DNA from: Octopus vulgaris
Taxonomy: Eukaryota
DNA length: 64,000 nt
Assembly (NCBI GenBank): GCA_951406725.2
Contig: OX597823.1
Span: 75,702,001-75,766,000 of the forward strand
Direction: 5' to 3'
The notes under the pieces are model-generated. The model was not told the DNA's origin, searched no databases, and worked only from the letters and a program-made list of their open reading frames with translations. The translations under genes were made by a program, and so were the position numbers. Shown piece after piece: positions 1-14,940 of the stretch. Every line of letters begins with the position of its first letter. Positions within the stretch are counted from its first letter, which is position 1.

Positions 1-2126
1 TTCGGGGGCCACAAAATGAACATTTCCCATTTTTTTCTTTGGCTGAGGAATCTCAAAAGTGCTTGAAGATAGATCGTCTTCTTTTCAGCTTTGAGAAATG
101 ATAGCAGAACTAGAAGATTTTTGTCACGTTCTTGTTTAGCATTAACTCCAGCAAGTCCCTTTTCTAACTGAATTAGACACCATCTTCTTTTATTCTTGAA
201 ACTTTGCAAGTGAAACTGTTTTGTAACAATGAAAACATTCACTGCACTTATATCAATCCTGTTGTAGAATATAACCATAGGTCATCTTCAAGTCATTCGT
301 TTGCAAGTATGTGTCCTTAGCATCTTATCTAGGTATCTACTTCTCCTTTTGTTTTGTTGTAACATGTAATAACTTCAGTTTTTTTTCATCACTATTTTAA
401 TCAAATGAAGGCTGAGGGTGCATAGTACTCATAAGTGTGACTTCCTAAATTTTTCCCTGGGACAATACGATAGGATCATAGAATCCTTTTAAAATCCAAA
501 TATTGCGCTGTTGATTTCTCTTTCTTTTCCATTTGTGAAAGCACTTGGAATTTCTACTCTGTTCTTTCTAATTGTTCGAACTAAAGTAGTTTTCTTGCTA
601 AGCAGCTTTCGAGTCAATTCTGGAATTGTAAAAAAATTACCACAAGGTATATTGCGACCAGCATTTTCAAGTTCTTTTACTAGGTCTTCAACAACTCTTG
701 ATCCTTGATTTATCTCTTTCATTTTTACTGGGTCTTTTCCAGTGTAGATTTGCATTTTCCAAGTATAAGACGTTTCACTGTCACATTTTACCCAAATTTT
801 AATTCCATATTAAACTGGTTTTGAAGGAATACATACGAGGAATGGGCAGCGCCCTCTGAATAAAACTAGTTGTTCAAGTATCATGCATGAACTTGGAACA
901 TATCCATAATGAAAATTCTGATCCACATTTCAAAAACTTCTCTTATGGGCTCCAATTTATCATCACTTCGTTTTTTTTCTTCTTCTTGCACTTGCATCTC
1001 CTAAACACAATACTTGTAAAATCTGCTGAAATCTTCCCCGGCTCATAATTTTGCCGAATATGGGGCGGTCATCTTCTTGACTGCATAATTGTGTGACATT
1101 TTCATGTTTAGATTTATAAACACCTATACGAATAATCACTCCAATAAATTTCTGTAGTTCCTAGTGAATAATTTTCTTCCATTTATCTTTGTAAACAACC
1201 GGACCTTCAAAATTTTCCATTTATGAATTGTTTCAAGAATATTCTGGCGCATGAAGATAGTAAGACATGTTTCAATGCTATCACAAGACCTTTTAACAAA
1301 ACAGGATGGTCCACATTCTTGGCGCACAATCTGGCATGGTAAGGTCTTACTGCTGCCTGAGTAAGAAGAGTACATTGCTAAACTTCTTGTCTTCTCTAGA
1401 ACCATATTGCTCATTCATAATTGGGTGGTTTGAGTATCTTCATCATATGATGAAACAGAATCTAAACTGTCCAGCACGCAATCACTTTCATCATCATCCT
1501 CACAGCAATACAAGGAATCATTACTATCTTCTTCCCATTCTTCATATAATTCCAATAACCTATTTCAATATTTGGTCTTCACTCAAGTTTTCACGTCTAG
1601 GTATATTGGAAATCACCACTGAACTATATGAAACTTAATAGTAGACTAAAGGCAGATATTTCTTCTCCTAAAAGCTGATGCAGTATATTGCAAGATTTGC
1701 TTCATCACATACAAATATTGCATCACCCTATTACCAAGCAGATTTAAGGTGATGTAATACCACACAAATTTACAGGGATATTTTCATAATGCAGCAAATA
1801 AATTGAATACAATTTTTATCTATTTTATATTTGATAAATATCTAGGAAAATAATAATTGATACTGCTTTTATTCCGTTTAGAATGACAACAGTATTGTCT
1901 GAATTTAATTCGAGGGTGCAATGAGCCCATACGGTAATTTATGTATAAAGTGAAATTTTCTAGCTTTTATAAACATACGGAAAATTTCCCATTAGACTAA
2001 TAAAAGAGAGCCAAGAAAAAATAAGTCACGAGAAATCAACTGAATCGAATAACATAAAGAGCAGGAAAACGCAACTGAAGAAAATAACAATGGTTCCATT
2101 CGACCCATTAGTAGGCAGAAGGTTAA
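1..2126 (-). mobile_element. Degenerate piggyBac DNA transposon (frameshifted transposase, 5' terminus present; 3' end outside window)
   Basis: Minus-strand fragments match piggyBac transposase motifs: MQIYTGK...RVVEDLV...GRNIPCGNFFT(DNFFT)...TLVRTIRKNRVEIP (489-755), YNKTKGEVD (~330-362), and C-terminal KCSFCG (~5-30). The terminus reads TTAA-CCTTCTGCC on the minus strand at 2126. Confidence 0.85.
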
Positions 2127-3196
2127 AAAAGAAATTATCTCGACAGTATAGAAAATTAGATTAAACCTCTTTTCTACAAAAATAAAACATTGAATAATAT
2201 ATTTAGTAAGTTTTTTAATTCAATCAACCTTTGCAAACATATTGGCAATCAAATTGAAGTATTATAATTCGGTAGCTAATACACATGGGCAACGTGACAT
2301 ACAAATAAGAAAACAAGCGATATTAAACAATGTGGTAAAAAATGTAGCGTACTCCAGACATATCTCAACTTCCATGACGGGCAAGATGTATAAGATTAAC
2401 CTCCTGCCTAATCTTCTGCGTTGCGAGTATATATATAGAATGGCTACTAGGCAATATTTCAACGCAGAAGCGATACCCTAATCGCAAGACAGGTCTTTTT
2501 ATTGAAACAAATTCCTTGGGATAGTGAAATAACTGGACAAGGGATTAGAGTCGACGAAGGAGGTGGAAGTTAGAGAATCGAGCGAAACAAGAATATCAGC
2601 GTGCACATTTTTTATTTGGAGTGTAATAGTTAAAGCCAGCACGTACCTATAATAATCCATTCGTGCTTAGGAAAGATAACAATGTATGTGTATATGAAGG
2701 AGAATAATTAGCTGAAAATGCTTTATGGAGCTTAGTGTTTTGTACTGGGACAACCATATGAACGAAAGTCAAAACGACGTTGGTGACAGTGATATTGTTG
2801 ACGGAGATAAATATCACCATATTTGTTTTATTTCTGTAATAGTTTCGATCATTAGCCAGCGGCCATGCGAGAGCACCACTTTCAAGTGTTTTAGTCGAAT
2901 AAATTGACTTCAGCAAATTTCTTTCAAAGGCGTAATACTTATACTAACATTATCTTTTTGCCGGATCGCTAAGTTGCTGGGACACACACTATCCAGGACC
3001 TGATATCAAGCAGTGGCAGAAGGAGGCAAACACAAACACACACACACACACATACACACACACACACACACATATACACACATATACACACGCACATGCA
3101 CACGCACAAACACACACACACACAAACATATACACATTCATACATAAACACTGACACATATATACATATGTACATACATATATACATACATGTACG

Positions 3197-3310
3197 AAAA
3201 GTTTCTTTCAGTTTCCGTTTACTATAGCCCGGAGATATAGCAGAAGACACTCTCGTTATATATCGTACAGTGGTATTGAAACCGGAAATTATTTGGCTGA
3301 GAGTCAAAAT
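3197..3310 (-). mobile_element. Degraded fragment of tRNA-derived SINE (same family as 55493-55910)
   Basis: tttctttcagtttccgt...gaagacact...cagtgg.attgaacc is the reverse complement of the head/body of the copy at 55493. Confidence 0.6.
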
Positions 3311-3630
3311 AATAACAATAATAGTTGTAATAACCATAGATGCCACATGAAATGTGTGTTATTGCATTTCGTCTGTAACAAATGCTAAGTAGAATACAGG
3401 AATTATACAGTAATTATAGGAAGAGCGAAATGAGTACGGACAGTTAGTGACAAGAACTTAACGGTAATGCTCCAATGCAGTTCTTGAGATCTCGGGCTAA
3501 CAGTTGATTAAGTGTGTGACCGTAACATACATGTAAGTAGGTGTGTTTTTATGTACGTGTGAGTTTGCGTGTGTGCGTTCGTGTGTGTTTGTGTGTATGT
3601 GTCTATTATCACTGATGTTTGTATCTATCA

Positions 3631-3662
<32 letters not shown>

Positions 3663-3695
3663 ATGTGTGTGTGTGTGTGTGTATGTGTGCGTATG

Positions 3696-3756
<61 letters not shown>

Positions 3757-3909
3757 ATTTTGATGTATTCTCTTTTTGTCTTCTGCAATTTCATTTTTGG
3801 ACCTTCTATATATATATGAATAATTTTTCCTCCGTCTTGCTATTTTTCTCTCTGCAAAAGGGAAAGTTGCATTAAGGAACAGTCATTTTAACGAGATCTT
3901 TATTTCTGT

Positions 3910-4010
3910 ATCACCCGAAAAGATACGTCTGCACCACCGGATACTCCTGAACCAGTCTTTGGGTGTCCCACAATAGGAGTCGATGCTAGATGTGTCGAAA
4001 CAATTGTGAT
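3910..4010 (+). ncRNA. Degenerate hammerhead-ribozyme-like motif with long stem II, in a repeat island between (TA)n runs
   Basis: Stem I atcac/gtgat; mutated core ccgaaaa (consensus CTGANGA); stem II gatacgtct/agatgtgtc plus actcct/aggagt; GAAA at 3997-4000. Confidence 0.35.
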
Positions 4011-4051
4011 TAATAATATATTCTCGTATATTCCATCTGCTGTCTTTCCTT

Positions 4052-4125
<74 letters not shown>

Positions 4126-4270
4126 TAGATAGATAGATCGATAGATAGATAGATAGATAGATAGATAGAAAGATAGATAGATACGTATATGTATATATAT
4201 ATATTCATTTATATATACATACGCATGTATATTATATATATCTATATCGACGCACACACACATCCCCCAT

Positions 4271-4352
<82 letters not shown>

Positions 4353-5034
4353 GCATGTATGTATGTATAATAGGGTTGGTGTATCTGATCTGCTGGTGTT
4401 TTTGTTGCTAATGACAATGAATTACATTTCAAATCTATAAAATTCCATACTATTACAGAGAGAAAATTCCATTATGATATATGATATCAGGAATATAAGT
4501 AGCCTTGGACAAACATTACCAATTCAGTTTAATAACTCACATTACAGAAATGAATAACACATGGCTCCGCTGTCATTTAATGGAGCGTACTATCATCTTA
4601 TTTGATGAATGATATATTAGACTGGTATACAAGGTCACTGCAGTAAATACAGACCGGTATATGCTTTTAGCCCTCTTTTATTCAGTTTCAAATTAATTTA
4701 TCAGCAATACTGAACGATTTATATTTTTGCGTTTAATAAATTAAAGCGGCAGTCATATTGTATGTTTAATTAAATTTCAAATCTGGACGAAATGTAATAC
4801 CTTTGCGAATGAAAAACTTTATTTGTCAAAACATCAGGCAAAAATACTTGCGACTAGTTATCTAAAAGCTTATTGCGGTTGGCTTAGGCTTTTTATCATG
4901 CGCACCAACCGTGCAACTAAAACAATTACTTCTAACCAAATATATTTAATAGATATATATCAAAGAAAAGTCCGTCTGGTTTACACCGTATGTGTGTGTG
5001 TGTGTGCGTCCTTATGTCTGTATGTATATTGCTT

Positions 5035-5332
5035 TCAAATTTTGGCACAATGCCAGCGATTGTGGAGAGGGGATAAGTTGATTATATCGACCCCGGTGTT
5101 TCACCGGTATATATCTTATTGACCCCACGAAGGGATGGAAAAATAGTCGACGAAAGGTGAAATTTGAACACATAGAGGGACGAAATGCCACTAAGCATTT
5201 AACCCGGCATGCTAACGATTCTTATTTCTTTACTATCGACCTAGGCGGAATTTGAACTCAGAACGTAACGGAAGACGAAATACCGCTATGCCTTTCGCCC
5301 GGCGTGCTAACGATTCTACCAGCTCGTGGCCT
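5035..5332 (-). mobile_element. Two tandem partial copies of a tRNA-derived SINE (octopus OR-like family)
   Basis: ggcggaatttgaactcagaacgtaac...gacgaaataccgcta...ttcgcccggcgtgctaacgattct is shared with copies at 14.8, 53.9, 60.2 and 63.5-63.9 kb; B-box GAGTTCAAATT on the minus strand. Confidence 0.85.
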
Positions 5333-6937
5333 ACATGGTTTTTAAACTGAAGTAAGTAAAAGTAAGAGTTCTAAAGGGACGTCATTTTATTATATTTATG
5401 GACAAGGATGGACAGAGAGCTGTCAAAAGTAGCGGTTACAATGCATTACTGAAACGTGTTTTTCTACAGTTTCATTCATATAGCGCAGCGGTAAATTTAT
5501 TTTTGAAGTTCCACGTAATTAGAAGTCATGAACATAAAAGAATACATACTCAAAATAGATGTTGCATTTTCTGTTGTAGGAATTATATTAGTTGACGATT
5601 CCTGATTTGCCATGAATAATAGTTTTCCGATATTTCATAGATACTGCCATCATTCTCTAATTGAACTTTGTATGACCTACTTTGTACCATTTAATATATT
5701 ATTTAGTGTATTGATTTATTACCCTCGCATACAACCACTAATTCATAGATAATAAACATACTTATTGTATTTATTTTATCGATTTTAGAAGGATGAAAGG
5801 TTTACTTAAGTCTAGCACTTTTTTTTTACATATGAACACAGAGGGAACGATACTAATTGCATAAGTAGATAGTTCACAGCTCTAGTATATCTGTCAACAC
5901 CCCGTCCATGTCAAAAAATGTTGCAGCAATTACTTACGATAATGTAGATAGGATAATGATTATAATGTATAAATTATAAGTGAGTGCCTTATATTGCTAA
6001 ATCGTTTTCAGTTTTCTGTTCTAATATTCCTTCAACAAAATTTAGTCCTCTAGGAACAAGTGTTATTCTTTTGTTATTTCAAGCAATATGGAATACGGTT
6101 ATAATACTGCCTTCAATTGTAATTTGCATTGACCCCATGGATTGGTTTATGAACTAGTACATACCTTATAAATTTCAAACTAAAAATGGATTTGAGGTGG
6201 CCATTGAAATTAGATAATAATCGAAATAATAAATGCCATAGGGTTTTGTATCTAATGCTTTATGCATCTGGCAATCGGAAGCGATTGATTCAGTAGTGTA
6301 AATAATGTCGCTACCAAAATTGCTATATGTCATAATAAGAATTCTTAAGTGAATTATTTATTACATAAACATATTAATTAATCTCATATGAGAAATTAAT
6401 TCAATACAAGGACTAAATACAGCAGGACTAAATCCGTAAGTACAATGATTAATATGCATTAAACCATGAGTTTTATAACTGTTTACTCAACCTTCTAGAA
6501 ATATCTACTTAGAGTAGACACGAGCATTCTGAGAAGGAGGGATATATAGGATAATGTCATTTGCATGACATTTGGCGTGGTAATGTTTGAAACGCCGTTG
6601 ATGGTAGACAGGTTCAATCAGTGATGAGCCTGAAGAAACAAGGACTATGCATATTCATTGAATACTTTTGATAGGAAAATGTGATTGATAGTCTTCATTT
6701 AAACATTGCTACATGATTGACTATGCAGTTAGTAATTAAATTTATCACCCAAGTCCTTTTCCTTTCGTTCTGTGGCCAAAGCACCACATTACATATATAT
6801 CATCCCAGTTACTTGTAATAGGATTCTGGTAGTCATAGATATACTGAAGACCGTTATTCCTTCCTACACACCTAAATACCTACTTACCTACCTACATACA
6901 TGCATACATACACACAAATATATACACACACATACAC

Positions 6938-6992
<55 letters not shown>

Positions 6993-6993
<1 letters not shown>

Positions 6994-7127
6994 GACGGGC
7001 TTCTTTCAGTTTCCGTCTACAAAATCTATAGTAGAATACACTTGCCAAAAGTGTCACCAAGTGGAACTGAACCTGGAACCATGTGGTTCCTAAGCAAGCT
7101 AATTACCACACAGCCACTCCCACGCCT
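6993..7127 (-). mobile_element. tRNA-derived SINE 5' part with internal deletion (family of 55493-55910)
   Basis: Reverse complement reads aggcgtgggagtggctgtgtggtaattagcttgctt...catggttccaggttcagttccact, matching the 55493 copy. Confidence 0.85.
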
Positions 7128-7751
7128 ACGTACATTTAATTCATACTTTATAATATTTCTAAATCTCTCGTTTCTTACACCAAAAACGTTCATAATTTCT
7201 TTTTCTTGTTTTTGGTAACCACTTCATATGTATTAAAATTCGTCAGCGCAGCATAGCTCGATGCACAAATAAGGCTAAATTCAACATTCTAAAAGGTTTA
7301 ATAATAAATTAGATAAGATAGAAGATAAAACATAATTCATAGTTACAAAAACATTTTTCATATTTTTCTCTCCTTAACTGTTTAGTAGCAAAGAGAAAGT
7401 GGTGAAAATTCATAAATGACGATAAAATATTTCCAGGGCAATACTGTCTTGCAAACATTTCTTTTATGTAGCCACAATTCATGTTTCTGCTGCGAAAAAA
7501 TTTCATGGGACCGTTTGAATATATTCTTCTCCGCTTAAGGTAAAGAATTCTAGCTTATATTTTTTGTTATGTTATCCATTGTGATGAGTAAGAAATTATA
7601 TTTTTCATGTTTATCTTGCCTAGGCTTTTCCTGCCAATTTCTGCAGATCACCTTCGACATATAGCAGAAAATTAAAAGGGATAGATTATTTTCTTGGGTA
7701 GATAAATTTGAAGTTGTGTGTTTATTTTTTAAAAATATATCTATATATCTA

Positions 7752-7782
<31 letters not shown>

Positions 7783-7784
7783 CT

Positions 7785-7862
<78 letters not shown>

Positions 7863-7985
7863 CATACATATACATATATATGTAAGAATGTATATATATT
7901 TATGTATGTATGTATATATATACGTATTTAGATACATATATATATATATACCTATTTAGATAGATACACACACACACACACACAC

Positions 7986-8023
<38 letters not shown>

Positions 8024-11000
8024 TATATGTATATATATATATATATAAATATACAGAGACAGGGGGAGATAAATAGATAGATAAATAGATAAATCGACAG
8101 ACAGATAAATAGATAGATAGACAAAATGATTCAAAGATGAATGGATATACACATAAATTGAAATGTTTATGCATATAAAAATGGTAGAGATTTACAAATA
8201 AAGGCAGATATCTTGTAAGCACACTGTAGTTCTCTTAACTTGACCAAGTGTGTCATTGAAGACATGTCCATGAAATACGAATGGAATTTAAATCGGCAGT
8301 TGTATTTCTAGTCAGATTAGTAAATCTAAAGTTCGCATAGGAGAAATTCGAACAATTCCAAAATATATAAAATGCCATTCAACCGAAGAAGAATAACACA
8401 TTTTATGTACAGGATTACACCATATAAAAGCTGAGATGCATTTCTATTATATAAGCATCCATGGCTATAATAAATCAATGGAACCACAGAGAAACCTGTT
8501 CTTATTAAATCCACTTTAATATCAGATATATCTAAACATTTATGCTAACGTAACTTTCTCAAGGCAACCCTCTCGCGTAGCGATCAAAAGAGAACTGACA
8601 TTTTAACATTAATAGAGGGGACCAAATAAAACAGGGAGAGCGATGGCAGTGAGATAGAAAACCAAGATGAAATATTATATGTTAAGAAAGATCACTTCAG
8701 TGGGTATTGAAGAAATAAATAAAACAAAGAGTTACTAAGTAAATCTAGATATCTAGATTTTTCGGTCATCAATAAATGAAAATTAAAAGATCACTGATTA
8801 CAGATAAAGTGCAACAGACTAATGCTTATGAATTTTATATAGAAGTATATGATGATATAGGAAAGTAACTTGGGTATACCACATAGCAAGTAAAATGACA
8901 TGCTCCCAATGAAAAAATAATAATGAATTCACTTTCAATATTAAGAAGGCTAAGATCTATGTGTGGCATTCAGGAAGAGATATTGAAGGACGATAAAGTA
9001 AAGAGACAAATCGAAGATGTGCAAGTAAAGTATCAGAATATTACTTTAATAGTAGAATATAAAAAAACCCACTAAGGTAAAATGAGGGAGTGCAATTTAT
9101 TAGAAATGCAAACAAATTAAGATTACAGACGCATTTCCTTTATTTAAAGGATAAATGCAGTTTGCTAGAGAAATATTTTAAGGTTATTTTTTTCCGTACG
9201 TAAGGGAGCAAATCTTCGTTACGTTGATTTTAGAATTTACTAAAATTAATTTTGATGTATTTTAAACGTTCTCATGGCAAAGCTCACATTTAAAATTACT
9301 CTTATTGGATGGTGGAGCATTACTGACAAGGACTCAATTAATATTGTAATTTTATATTCTTGTCTTTAAATTCCCCACACATTTTCTTAGTTTAGTACAA
9401 TTAATTTCTCCTAAGTTTAAATGGGGAACGACGATTATATAACATTGATATGAAGTCTGTGGTACCTGATCATAAATCGAATAAAACCAAAGGTCCATAG
9501 GTATCAATTCTAGCCTGCTAAAAATAACCTTCTCTATAATTAGAAATATCTCTCTCCGTATCTCAAGACTCGCTGATAAAATAATAAAAATAGTACTTGC
9601 TATATCCCTAATCTTAACATTAATAAAATATCCTGTAAGGATGTGAAAATGTATCTAATTAGTTTGGAACTGCAGGAATAAAAGCTTAAACTTTGGAATA
9701 TACAACCATATAAGTCTTGAGGAAACAGATCCTATCTTTGATACTGAGATATAATATTAACTGTAATATAACTAATACATAAGTATACCGGCATAAATTC
9801 GAGTGGAAAGCGGCGAGTCGTAGAGTGAAACGTAACAATAGGATACTATCGACTTATATAACAAAAAGGGAGTATTAATTCTGAGCATCGCAAAGATATG
9901 GTCGACATTAGTGCTAATAAAAATAATCATGAGTGCTTACAGATAAATAAAAATTATCATAGTGATTCTCACAAGTGCACCAGTAAAAGCTTGCAAAAAG
10001 AATTATGAATATGTAAGTAATTATGGGAATGGTAATATTAAGATTAACATCAACGTGGCTAAAATAAGGGCAAAATCAAAGCATAATATTTGGGATAAGT
10101 AAACTCATATCTCAAATACCTACAAATATTTCTGAAAATTTTTTAGCAGCACTTCATAGTTAATTCCCATCATATCGTTAATATGGAAAAGTATTTGATC
10201 GTCATACAATTAAATGTACATATTCATACAACAGGATTTTGAGCGAAATTATTGTATCACATGGAAAAAATGAGACAGTACAGCAATTTGAATTTAGTAA
10301 ATCATAATACGAATGTTAAGGTGAATTGTGCGAATAGCTATATTGACAATTACCTTGAAGTCAGTAGTATTAATGGAGATGGTAATGATAATACAGTTAA
10401 CAACAGCAAAGCAATAACAGGGTCGACGACGACGACAACGACAAGGGCGCGGGCGACGACGACGATGATAATGATGACGACTATGTTAAGGATGTTAAAA
10501 ATAATAGTATTATCAAATTTAGGCATTCAATGCTAGTCTAGGGAACCAAATAAACATAATTTTGACACTTCAAAATTCAAATGTATCGACTTGCATCGGA
10601 GAAATTCTGAATGCTCTCGTATATCAACTAATAACATTGATAATAACCCAGGTAATAATCTGGTTTTAACGTTTAGCTCTAATAATTGGTTAGCACCATT
10701 CTTAATCGTAATTACAACAAAGGCAGTAATAAACGCCTTTAATATTATAGAATCTAACTAAAAATCCGGTAACAGCTGGGGATACTGTGCCACGGATTTT
10801 AAATATATTCATATCGTCATCTTTGTTTAAATTAAGGAGAAATATTAAACGTACTAATTTAGTGAATCCATCTGGAATTTGAAAAACCAGAATATTAATT
10901 ATAATAATGATATATGAAACTAATAGGCGAATGAATAATTTGTTTGAAGAAATTATGTTTCGATGCCAGAGTACGATGGTAATCTAATATATATAAATGC

Positions 11001-11134
11001 CTTAACTGTTACAAGTTCCATGGGATACCTGTATTATATAAATTCTATGATGAGAGATTCATTACCTTCCAGCCTTGAGATGATATTCCAAATCCCCTCA
11101 ATATCTTGTTAGTAATCCCCATATATATATATAT

Positions 11135-12000
11135 ATAAGGATAGGACGAAATAATAGAAACATCTTAAAATTTGTAACAGATATATTTTAATATGGGGTA
11201 GGAATGCCTTTTGCAGTAATTACAGCTTGCATTCTGCAGTGTATGGACTCGTACAAACCTTGAATTGTTTCAAAAGGAATTTTTGTCCATTCTCCATCTA
11301 AAACAATCTCCAGTTCTTGTAATGATGATGATGGAGTATATCGAATTCTTGTTTTTCAAAACATCTACCATAAATGTTCAATAATATCTAGATCCTGGGA
11401 TTGTGGTGGTCAGATAAGATGTCCAACTTCACTAGAATGTTCCTCGTGCTATTCAGTAATAATTTTAGCTATGCCAATTGGTGCAATATCATCCTCAAAT
11501 ACTGCATTACCCTCCGGAAACAGTTCTGCAACCATAGGATGAATTTGATCGGATAACATTCTAAAATAGCCTTGATAGGTAATTCTGCCAGGATGGAAAC
11601 CATTGAGCCAGCGGATTTCCAATATATTGCTCCCCAGGTCATCACAAATCGTCCTCCATGAATAACAGTTGGAAGAAGGCAGTCTGGGTCAGATGATGCT
11701 TTTGGCACGTATACTCAGCCGATGGTTGGAAATAAGGTAACGGATGACTCGTATCAGAAAATAATATTCTTTCAGTGCTCCAGGGACCAATTCTGTAGGT
11801 TTTTACTGTATCTAAATGCTTTGCAACGTTTGTTTTGGAAAATAGTGGATTTCTGATCGCAGGCTTCCAGTGAAATTCGTCTTAGTGCAGTTCCTGGCGA
11901 ACATATTTTGTGGAAATTGGGTTCCCGAGGTGTCATTAAGCTCTGTAGTAATTTTGTGATCCTTTCTAGCAATTCGGATAAGAGTCCGACGACCCCTATG
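11135..12000 (-). mobile_element. Degenerate Tc1-like transposon (transposase remnant plus one terminal region)
   Basis: Minus-strand motifs: ARKDHKITTELN; F(S)DESSV; CLLPTVIHGGRFVMTWGAI; FEDDIAPI (FQDDNAPIH); *PPQSQDLDIIEHLW (WPPQSPDLNPIE). Confidence 0.85.
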
Positions 12001-12886
12001 TGATGACCAGCGATGCAAAATGTAAGGCATTATATAATAGTTTTGTGAATATATTGTGCATTGTGTAGCAGATAATAGGACACAATTTTCTACTGTGTTC
12101 CCCCCAAACAACAACTGTTAGTAAAGTGCCCATATAGGAAAAAAGTAAATTCCATACGGCCGAGGGTCGTACCCAAAGCATGGATGTCGAAGTAGTTAAA
12201 AGTGATGCATGGGTTCAATTTCATGACACCCTCTTGAGATGTTTTTGTTGGTAAGGTTCTTCCATGATATATGTGATTTAAGGTCTTATCATACCTGAAC
12301 ACGGCAGTGGTAGAGATTGTGAGGAGATAAATATTAGTAAAAAATATATTCCATGATAATGTGCTGTTGTATTGCCGTACAAAATAGAGATGTTTATTTG
12401 CATCATGTAAATGGTGTCATATTTTGTTTGGTGAAACGTATAATTGCAACAAACACCCTACATCTTATCTCGTGTCTTGGAGATTCCAGTAATATATTCA
12501 GCAGGTGATCTATCACCCACGATTTTCGAAACAAAACAGTGTTGCATTGCTCTAAATTCTTATTTGAATAGCTACATACTTTCGTTGTAGTATTATTTTT
12601 CGCGTGACGTCAAAGAATAAGTTAACGAAATCTTCAAACAAAATAGCATAGACATATTAGACCCATATAGATACCGTGACTGGGATAACTAGATGGAGAT
12701 AGACGTAAGGATAATTTCGAAAGTAATATAACACAAATCTAATGGCTCAGTCTGAAAATATCTTTAGGTTTATCTAATAATAGAAAAATATATAGAATCT
12801 CACAATATATATATATATATGCATACATACATATATGTATATATGCATACATATATACATGCATACATACATACACATATACATGC

Positions 12887-12959
<73 letters not shown>

Positions 12960-12992
12960 TATATATGTATATATATATATACATATATACAT

Positions 12993-13096
<104 letters not shown>

Positions 13097-13838
13097 GCAT
13101 ACAATGAAAACAGGGAAAGTGAGAATTGGAAAAAAAGAAATATATCAATAACATTATAAATATATCTGACTAGATTATTCTTTTCAGTACTTTCTTCTCA
13201 TTATCTCTCTAGTCGATAATTAGTATCGAATTCCTTATCAGTAACAGCAACAATCTCCTTCACATCTCGTTGCTTTCTCTATTACAAATCCCCTATTTCA
13301 CACATTTATCATCGTCTCGTCAACAACATCTCCATCGAAACATTCCACACTCAACCATCGTCGTGGTGGCAGCAACGATCAGGTTCCACCTCTTACTCTC
13401 ATTACACTTATATCTGCTCCGTCCACCCCTCGCCCTCTTTATTCTCATCATCGACATCGTCATCAGTAACTTCCTCGTCGTCAGCACAAACAACACTCCT
13501 TCTACCATCCACTTGCTCATCAACCACCTTCACCGGTACCATCAGCAACGCTATAACCATCACACATCTTCCACCACCATGGGCCCACCATCATCATCAT
13601 CATCATCATCATGGCCGACATCATTATCAATTTTACACTATTTATTAGTTTAACACCAACTTACTATCTTGCAGTATATTTCAACTAATTAAATTTCTCT
13701 CGAGAGATTTCTGCAGCAAAGAAAATGCCTTTCTTTTTTACTGCTTTCTCGATATGTATTTATATGATTGGAAACAGGAAAGGCATACATATACAAACAT
13801 TGAAACGCATATACATGACTTTACAGAGCCGCAACGCG

Positions 13839-13889
<51 letters not shown>

Positions 13890-14214
13890 ACGCACGCACA
13901 CGCACACAAACACACACGTACACACTCTATCACACATTCACAACTATATATATATAACTTGAAAATATCCAAATCTTTTACTCGTGACCGTTCGGCCGTT
14001 CATCAAACAATTGAGGTAATATACATACATACACATACATTGTATATATATATGTGTGTGTGGGTGTGTGTGTGTGTGCGTGTTCGCGTGTGTGCGTGTT
14101 CGCGTGTGCGTGTTCGCGTGTGCGTGTATGCGTATGTATATATATATATATATATATTTTCTATGGATGTATTTTCTTGTGACTTCAAGATGTCGATGAT
14201 GTAGATATATATCA

Positions 14215-14324
14215 TTAGTATGACATTGTAGAGTATGCGTGAAATATCGGTTGTAGCTAGTGTGAACATAAAAGGAACAGAATATTGCGGCTGGATATGG
14301 CCGGTTTACATGCTAAAGAGTTAA
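14215..14324 (-). mobile_element. Terminal fragment of a piggyBac-type non-autonomous element
   Basis: Minus strand begins TTAA-CTCTTTAGCAT...ccggccatatccagcc, resembling TTAA-CCC termini; the other end was not found. Confidence 0.4.
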
Positions 14325-14399
14325 AAATCGATGTGGTAGGTATAACACTGGACGTATAGCAAAAGTCTCAGAGAAGGCCAGCAGAATATTAGAGATTAC

Positions 14400-14680
14400 T
14401 TTCTCTGTACGACATCGGAATATAGCAGCAAAATTGAAAGCTGAGCTAAACCACTACCTTGCGAAAACTGTCAAGGTTTACTTCTCGTCTTGAGCTTCTA
14501 AAACCCTGAACAATATGGGAAATGTGTTACTACTGAACTTCACACTTCGCACAACAGTGGGAAAGGATCACTAGCCTGCTACAAGTAGCTTGTGTGAAAA
14601 TGGAGCAATATAAGTTTTTCACACATTTCCCAACGTAAAGGACGCATTTAACTGGAAACAGCCCAAAGAAGCAGTCAAAG
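14400..14680 (+). mobile_element. Highly decayed Tc1-like fragment
   Basis: Broken frames give KAELNHYL and F(T)HFPT...WKQPKEA, similar to Tc1 transposase and to the 11.1-12.0 kb element. Confidence 0.35.
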
Positions 14681-14734
14681 TGTCCCAGGAAATAATCCCG
14701 GTTTCCCGGGATAGTAAAACTTACTTAGTAGAAA

Positions 14735-14940
14735 ATACTCACACGGCCCGAAATTTTTGGGGAGGTAGGTCTAGTCGATTAGATTGACCCCTGTACGCAA
14801 CTGGTATTTAATTTGTTGACCCCGAAAGGATGAAAAGCAAAGTCGAACTCGGCGGAATTTCAACTAAGAACGTAAAGACAGACGAAACACCGCTCATCAT
14901 TACGCTTGGCGTGTTAACTTTCCTGTCAGCTCGCCACCTA
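14735..14940 (-). mobile_element. tRNA-derived SINE (OR-like family), near full length
   Basis: gtcgattagattgacccc...actggtatttaattt...cccgaaaggatgaaa.gcaaagtcga.ctcggcggaattt...agctcgccacc. Confidence 0.85.

Noticed and set aside
13270-13653. 127-aa His/Ser-rich ORF
   Set aside because: Decayed (CAT/CAC)-type low-complexity sequence with no recognisable motif.
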